This document shows positions 58,855 to 64,000 of a stretch of 64,000 nt of DNA, piece by piece (the first letter of the stretch is position 1; every line of letters begins with the position of its first letter). Where the stretch lies: assembly GCA_965248265.1 (NCBI GenBank), contig CBDFJF010000002.1:2656001-2720000 (forward strand), written 5' to 3'. The notes under the pieces were generated by a model. The model did not search any database. It saw only the letters and a list, made by a program, of their open reading frames with translations, and was not told the DNA's origin. The DNA comes from Candidatus Latescibacterota bacterium. Lineage in GTDB: Bacteria > Latescibacterota > UBA2968 > UBA8231. The position numbers were made by a program, and so were the translations under genes.

Positions 58855-61068
58855 TTGGACAGCGACTGGATGGGCTTTGGCATGGTCGTCCCTCCTCAAC
58901 AGTTCCGGAAACTCGTCGGTGCTTTCCCGCTTCTCGTCTCCGGCATCCTTTCGGCGTCCGCCGCGCTCGCAGCGCCGTGGGATTCCGAAGAGGCCGGGCA
59001 CAAGAAGATGGTGACACTCCTCGCCCAGGTGATGGCCAAAACGTCCGCGGACAACATATACGTTGGAGAGCGCCACGTGCCGGCGTTACGCCGACAGCTC
59101 GCTAGCCTGGGACCCGACGCAGAGACGCGCTGGTCGGTGCTGCGGACGCTGGCCACCGAGGAGTCGCGCCTCGGGAACATGGATGAGGCGATCAGGCTCT
59201 TCTCCGAGGCTCTCGAGCTGATCCGCGCCCGCGGTGACGCATCCAAGGCGCTCTACGTGAACATATACGAGCTCGCGATCACCTACATGCGCCTGGGCCA
59301 GAACCAGAACTGCATTGCCATGCACACGAGCGACAGCTGCCTCCTGCCGATCCGCGGGGAGGGCGTGTACGTCAAGCAAGAGAGTACCCGCAAGGCCATC
59401 GAGCTCTTCGAGGAATTTCTCGCACGGTACCCGAGCGCGCCCGCTGCTCGCTGGCTGCTCAACATCACCTATATGATGGTCGGGGGACACCCAGACGACG
59501 CCCCTGAGCGGTTTCTGATTCCACCCGAGACCTTTGCCTCGGATGAGCCCTTTCCGCGCTTCACGGACATCGCTCCCGAGCTCGGGCTGAACTCCTTCAA
59601 CCTCTCCGGGGGCAGCGTCGTCGACGACTTTGACCGCGACGGCTGGCTCGACATCATGACTTCGACCTCTGACCCCTTGGGGCAGATGCTCTACTTCCGA
59701 GGCCCCCCAGAGAAGCAGAAGTTCATCCCGCGCACCCGCGAGGCCGGCCTCGTGGGCTTGTTGGGCGGTCTCAACATGGTCCACACCGATTACAACAATG
59801 ATGGCTTCCCGGACATCCTGGTCCTGCGCGGGGCCTGGTTGGGCATTGCCGGCACCGTGCCCAACTCCCTCTTGAGGAACAACGGCGACGGCACGTTCAT
59901 CGACGTGACCTTCAGCGCCGGTTTGGCCGAGCCCAGCTATCCCACCCAGACGGCGTCGTGGGCCGACTACGACAACGACGGCGATCTGGACCTGTACGTA
60001 GGCAACGAGACCGGCCCGAATCTCGCCGCTCCGTGCCAGCTCTTCCGCAACGAGGGAGATGGAGCGTTCATCGACGTGGCCACAGAGGCGGGGGTGCTGA
60101 ACGGAGGCTACACCAAAGCCGTGCACTGGGGCGACTACGATGGGGATGGCTTCCCCGATATCTACGCCTCCAATCTGCACGCAGACAACCGGCTCTTTCA
60201 CAACAACGGCAACGGGACCTTTACGGATGTCGCCGAGAAGGCGGGCGTCACCGCACCCCACGACAGCTTCCCGGCTTGGTTCTGGGACTTCGACAACGAC
60301 GGCGCATTGGACATCTGGGTCTCGAGCTACGTGACTTCCATAGATATGCTCGCCGCCAGCTACCTCGGGTTGGAGCATGGCGCGGAGCTGGCGTGCCTTT
60401 ACCGCGGCGATGGCAAGGGCGGTTTCCAGAACGTCGCGGCGGAGCAGGGCTTGACCTTGATGACGCAGCCGATGGGTGCCAACTTCGGCGACTTGGACAA
60501 CGACGGCTACCCGGACTTCTTCCAGGGCACGGGCTATCCGGGGTACGAGGCGATGATGCCGAACGTGATGTACCGGAACCGGGGCGGGACAGGCTTTGCG
60601 GACGTGACGGCGGCAGGCGGGTTCGGCAACCTGCACAAGGGCCATGGAGTGAGCTTTGCAGACATCGACTACGACGGGGACCAGGACGTCCATATCCAGC
60701 TGGGGGGCGCCTTCACCGGCGACAGGTACATGAACGCGCTGTACGAGAATCCGGGCTTCGGCAACCACTGGATCAAGGTGTGGCTCGTGGGCGTGGAGTC
60801 GAACCGGCCCGGAATCGGAGCGCGCATCCGTTGCGACATCCGGGAGGGCGAGGAACACCGCTCGGTGTACAAGCACGTGAACAGCGGTGGGACCTTCGGG
60901 GCGAATCCGTTCATGCAGATGATCGGGCTGGGAAAGGCGACGCAGGTGGAAGTGCTGGAAGTGTACTGGCCGACGAGCGATCAGCTGCAGACCTTCCACG
61001 ACGTGGCGGTAGACCAGTCGATCCGCATCACGGAGGGTCAGGACACCTTCGAGCGCCTGCCGCGGTGA
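58855..61068 (+). CDS. TPR plus FG-GAP/ASPIC-UnbV (CRTAC1-like) protein
   Basis: Repeated DxDxDGxxD motifs; C-terminal IGARI..GLG..V.WP. Confidence 0.88.
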   Translation: MDSDWMGFGMVVPPQQFRKLVGAFPLLVSGILSASAALAAPWDSEEAGHKKMVTLLAQVMAKTSADNIYVGERHVPALRRQLASLGPDAETRWSVLRTLATEESRLGNMDEAIRLFSEALELIRARGDASKALYVNIYELAITYMRLGQNQNCIAMHTSDSCLLPIRGEGVYVKQESTRKAIELFEEFLARYPSAPAARWLLNITYMMVGGHPDDAPERFLIPPETFASDEPFPRFTDIAPELGLNSFNLSGGSVVDDFDRDGWLDIMTSTSDPLGQMLYFRGPPEKQKFIPRTREAGLVGLLGGLNMVHTDYNNDGFPDILVLRGAWLGIAGTVPNSLLRNNGDGTFIDVTFSAGLAEPSYPTQTASWADYDNDGDLDLYVGNETGPNLAAPCQLFRNEGDGAFIDVATEAGVLNGGYTKAVHWGDYDGDGFPDIYASNLHADNRLFHNNGNGTFTDVAEKAGVTAPHDSFPAWFWDFDNDGALDIWVSSYVTSIDMLAASYLGLEHGAELACLYRGDGKGGFQNVAAEQGLTLMTQPMGANFGDLDNDGYPDFFQGTGYPGYEAMMPNVMYRNRGGTGFADVTAAGGFGNLHKGHGVSFADIDYDGDQDVHIQLGGAFTGDRYMNALYENPGFGNHWIKVWLVGVESNRPGIGARIRCDIREGEEHRSVYKHVNSGGTFGANPFMQMIGLGKATQVEVLEVYWPTSDQLQTFHDVAVDQSIRITEGQDTFERLPR

Positions 61069-62828
61069 GAAAAGCTGTTGCTACCTCCTTGAACAAGAAG
61101 CTGGGGGATTTCGTTTTCTCGAGTCTCATGGGGTTCTTTCTCCTAATTGTACCCCCCCTTCTCATAATGTTGGGATGTGACGCCGTCGAAGAGCGCGAGA
61201 GTCGAATCGATTCCTCGAAACAGGTGAGGTTCACGGACGTGACCGATCAGGTAGGGTTAGATTTTCAACATGAGTCCGGAGCCGACGGCAGCTACTTTAT
61301 GCCGGAGTCCGTTGGCTCTGGTGCTGCCTTGCTCGACTATGACAACGACGGCGACCTGGACATCTACCTGGTGAACGGCGCCCATCACGGCACCAAAGGT
61401 GGCAGCACGGTTTCTCCCAGAAATCGTCTTTACCGTCAGGAGGACGAGGGAACGTTTGAGGATGTGACCGGCGATGCGGGACTCGGCGACACCGGCTACG
61501 GCATGGGCGTCGCGGTCGGGGACCTGGACAATGACGGCGACCTCGACATGTACCTTTCCAATTACGGGAGAGACCAGTTGTACCAAAACAACGGAGACGG
61601 AGCGTTCGCGAATATCTCCGAGCAAGCCGGAATCAGCAATCCCGATTGGGGCTGCTCCGTGCTCTTTCTCGACTACAACCTGGACACCCACCTCGACATC
61701 TTCGTGACCAACTACGTGGCATGGGATCCTGCCAGTGTGTGCCCGGACCGCTCCGGCCGCCAGGACTACTGCAGCCCGGAGGGTTTTCCAGGGGTTCCTG
61801 ACTTGCTCTTCCATAATAATGGCGACGGCACTTTCACGGATGTTTCCGGCGAATCCGGGATCACGGCCGCCGCTTCGAAAGGCTTGGGCGTGGTCAGCGG
61901 TGATTTCAACAATGATCAGCATCCGGATCTCTACGTGGCCAACGACGGAGAGGCCAACAACCTTTGGTTGAACCAAGGAAACGGCACGTTTCAGGATCAC
62001 GGCATTTCACTGGGGGTGGCGCTGAACGACGTGGGACGTGCCGAAGCAGGCATGGGCGTTGCGATTGGCGATGTCGACAACGATGAAAACCTCGATCTCT
62101 TTGTAGCACACCTGCGCAAGGAAAGCAATACTCTGTACCGCTACGCCGGCGATTTCGGTTTTCAGGACGAGTCCTCCCCTTCCGGATTGGGAGCCGCAAG
62201 CCTGCCCTACACAGGATTCGGGGCCGGGTTCCTCGACTTTGACCACGATGGTGATCTCGACCTTGCGGTAGCAAACGGCCGGGTAAGCCGCGGGCCGCTG
62301 TTAACCGGTAAGGGAACGTCGAGTTACTGGGATCACTATGCCGAACCGAATTTTCTGTTTGAGAACGACGGTGTCGGTCGCTTCCAATCGGTCGGCGAAC
62401 AAACGACGGATTTCTGTCGTTCGATCGAAAACAGTCGAGGCTTGGCGTTCGGAGACATCGACAACGACGGCGACGTCGATCTGCTGGTCAACAACACGGG
62501 TAGTCGTGCGCGACTTTTTCGTAACGACTCGCGGCCTGCCGGGAGGTGGCTCAACGTCCGCGCTGTCGATCCAGACCTGAACCGCGACGCACTGGGCGCT
62601 CGAGTGACCATTGTTCTCAGCGCCCGCCGAATCAGTCGCCTGATTGCCCCCGCCTACAGTTTTCTCTCAAGCAATGACGCGAGAGCGCATTTCGGATTGG
62701 GCGCGGCCAACCAGGTAGACGAAATTCATGTCGAATGGCCGGGTGGCGTAGTGGAGACTTTTCCAGGCGTCCAGGCGGACCAGTTTGTTACGCTCAGGAA
62801 GGGACAATCCCCACAGGGAAATGAATAA
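61065..62828 (+). CDS. FG-GAP/ASPIC-UnbV (CRTAC1-like) protein, probable lipoprotein
   Basis: GTGA overlap with the upstream stop; DYDNDGDLD repeats; HFGLG..WP. Confidence 0.88.
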   Translation: MRKAVATSLNKKLGDFVFSSLMGFFLLIVPPLLIMLGCDAVEERESRIDSSKQVRFTDVTDQVGLDFQHESGADGSYFMPESVGSGAALLDYDNDGDLDIYLVNGAHHGTKGGSTVSPRNRLYRQEDEGTFEDVTGDAGLGDTGYGMGVAVGDLDNDGDLDMYLSNYGRDQLYQNNGDGAFANISEQAGISNPDWGCSVLFLDYNLDTHLDIFVTNYVAWDPASVCPDRSGRQDYCSPEGFPGVPDLLFHNNGDGTFTDVSGESGITAAASKGLGVVSGDFNNDQHPDLYVANDGEANNLWLNQGNGTFQDHGISLGVALNDVGRAEAGMGVAIGDVDNDENLDLFVAHLRKESNTLYRYAGDFGFQDESSPSGLGAASLPYTGFGAGFLDFDHDGDLDLAVANGRVSRGPLLTGKGTSSYWDHYAEPNFLFENDGVGRFQSVGEQTTDFCRSIENSRGLAFGDIDNDGDVDLLVNNTGSRARLFRNDSRPAGRWLNVRAVDPDLNRDALGARVTIVLSARRISRLIAPAYSFLSSNDARAHFGLGAANQVDEIHVEWPGGVVETFPGVQADQFVTLRKGQSPQGNE

Positions 62829-64000
62829 ACATTTGACGGAGACGCCCAAGCACTCACGCCGAATCCGGATCCCTCGGGACGCGGCTGTTCGTTTGGCCGC
62901 CTTGGTCGCCCCCCTATCGGTCTTTCTAAATTGCTCCTCGCCGGCACCGAGCGACGTTTTACCAGAGCTCGACTTAGCCGCCGTGGAACAACAGGTTGCC
63001 GCAAAGATTCGTGAACTCCTCGTCAATGTCGAGGCCAATCCGCGTTCTTCACAAGCCTGGGGAGAGCTTTGCATGACCCTGGATGTCCACGATTTCAAAC
63101 AGGGAGCCATTCCGTGTTACCGCCAAGCTGCGGCGCTGGACGCCAAGGAGTTTCGCTGGCCGTACTACCTTGCCATTATTCTCAACAAGGCCGGCTCAAA
63201 GGGAGCCCTCGATGAGTTCGCGCGAGCCCTTGCGCTCCGGCCTGATTACAGTCCTGCGTACGTGAGCTACGCACGCGCCCTTTACGACGCTGGCGATCTC
63301 GACAGAGCACTCCTCACGTTTGAGAAAGCTGCCGAACTCGAGGGATCTCCTCACGCGTACTTCGGTCTGGCCATGATCATGCTCTCTAGGTCCGAGCTGG
63401 AGGCCTGCCGTGAACACTTGCTGACCGCTTTGAAAATCGAACCCCAATATCCGGACGCCCACCGCCTGCTGGCCGAAGTACTGCGGCGTCTGGGGCAACC
63501 TGGGGAGGCGGCTCGACATCTGGGAATTGCTCAGAACCTACCTGGAGTCACTCCGCTGAGCGATCCGGTCTATGACGAGTTGACAGGAAAGGGAATCAGT
63601 GCTTTTTGGTACCGCGAGAGAGGGTTGGTTTACCAAGCCACGGGCCGCCTCGAAGAAGCCATCCTACAGTTCCGCACGGCGCTGGAAATAAAGCCAGATC
63701 CTGAAGGCCACAATTATATTGGCAATCTCCTGCAGCGCTTGGGTAGGTTCGACGAGGCGATCGGGCAGTACCGCACGGCGCTGCAGCTTGAGTCCAACAA
63801 CTATGCGGCGGTAAATAGCCTGGGACAAGCGCTCTTCGAGTCGGGCCGGGTAAACGAAGCTGTCCATTGGGCTGAAGGAGCCCTGCGACTCCATCCCGAG
63901 GCGCCGGATGTTTACCTCAGCCTTGGCACCTTCTACATGAGGACGGCCCGTGACGCCGAAGCGATCGCAACTTTCCAGCGCGGCCTCGAGCAGACGCCCA
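62821..64000 (+). CDS. TPR-repeat protein (runs off window end; not in ORF track)
   Basis: Hand translation of the 5' part MNKHLTE..FLNCSS..AIPCYRQAAALD..RWPYYLA; TPR-like repeats continue towards the window end. Confidence 0.85.
   Translation, partial: MNKHLTETPKHSRRIRIPRDAAVRLAALVAPLSVFLNCSSPAPSDVLPELDLAAVEQQVAAKIRELLVNVEANPRSSQAWGELCMTLDVHDFKQGAIPCYRQAAALDAKEFRWPYYLAIILNKAGSKGALDEFARALALRPDYSPAYVSYARALYDAGDLDRALLTFEKAAELEGSPHAYFGLAMIMLSRSELEACREHLLTALKIEPQYPDAHRLLAEVLRRLGQPGEAARHLGIAQNLPGVTPLSDPVYDELTGKGISAFWYRERGLVYQATGRLEEAILQFRTALEIKPDPEGHNYIGNLLQRLGRFDEAIGQYRTALQLESNNYAAVNSLGQALFESGRVNEAVHWAEGALRLHPEAPDVYLSLGTFYMRTARDAEAIATFQRGLEQTP

Noticed and set aside
59958-61064. Arg-rich N-terminus of the 956-aa ORF
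   Set aside because: Off-frame overlap with the upstream ASPIC-UnbV gene; the real start is near 61065.

Overview
GC-rich bacterial accessory region, probably from a glycan- and phosphonate-scavenging heterotroph. It encodes sialidase/BNR proteins, GH31/36/95, PhyH dioxygenases, PIG-L deacetylases, a phnA operon and ASPIC-UnbV/TPR proteins. The window starts with a divergent RADAR-like defence pair: a P-loop ATPase plus an HxH deaminase ORF missed by the ORF track. It is littered with about 14 IS91/ISCR-type oriIS ends, many of which abut truncated gene fragments. The strongest signal is that all three IS110-family (bridge recombinase) elements here, two IS1111-type and one IS110-type, sit inside IS91 oriIS ends. 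Their non-coding RNAs contain readable target and donor guides that match those ori sequences and co-vary between paralogs. Excision circles would rebuild sigma70 promoters with 17-bp spacers. All calls come from motif reading by eye; no database searches were run, and some repeats could be assembly artefacts.
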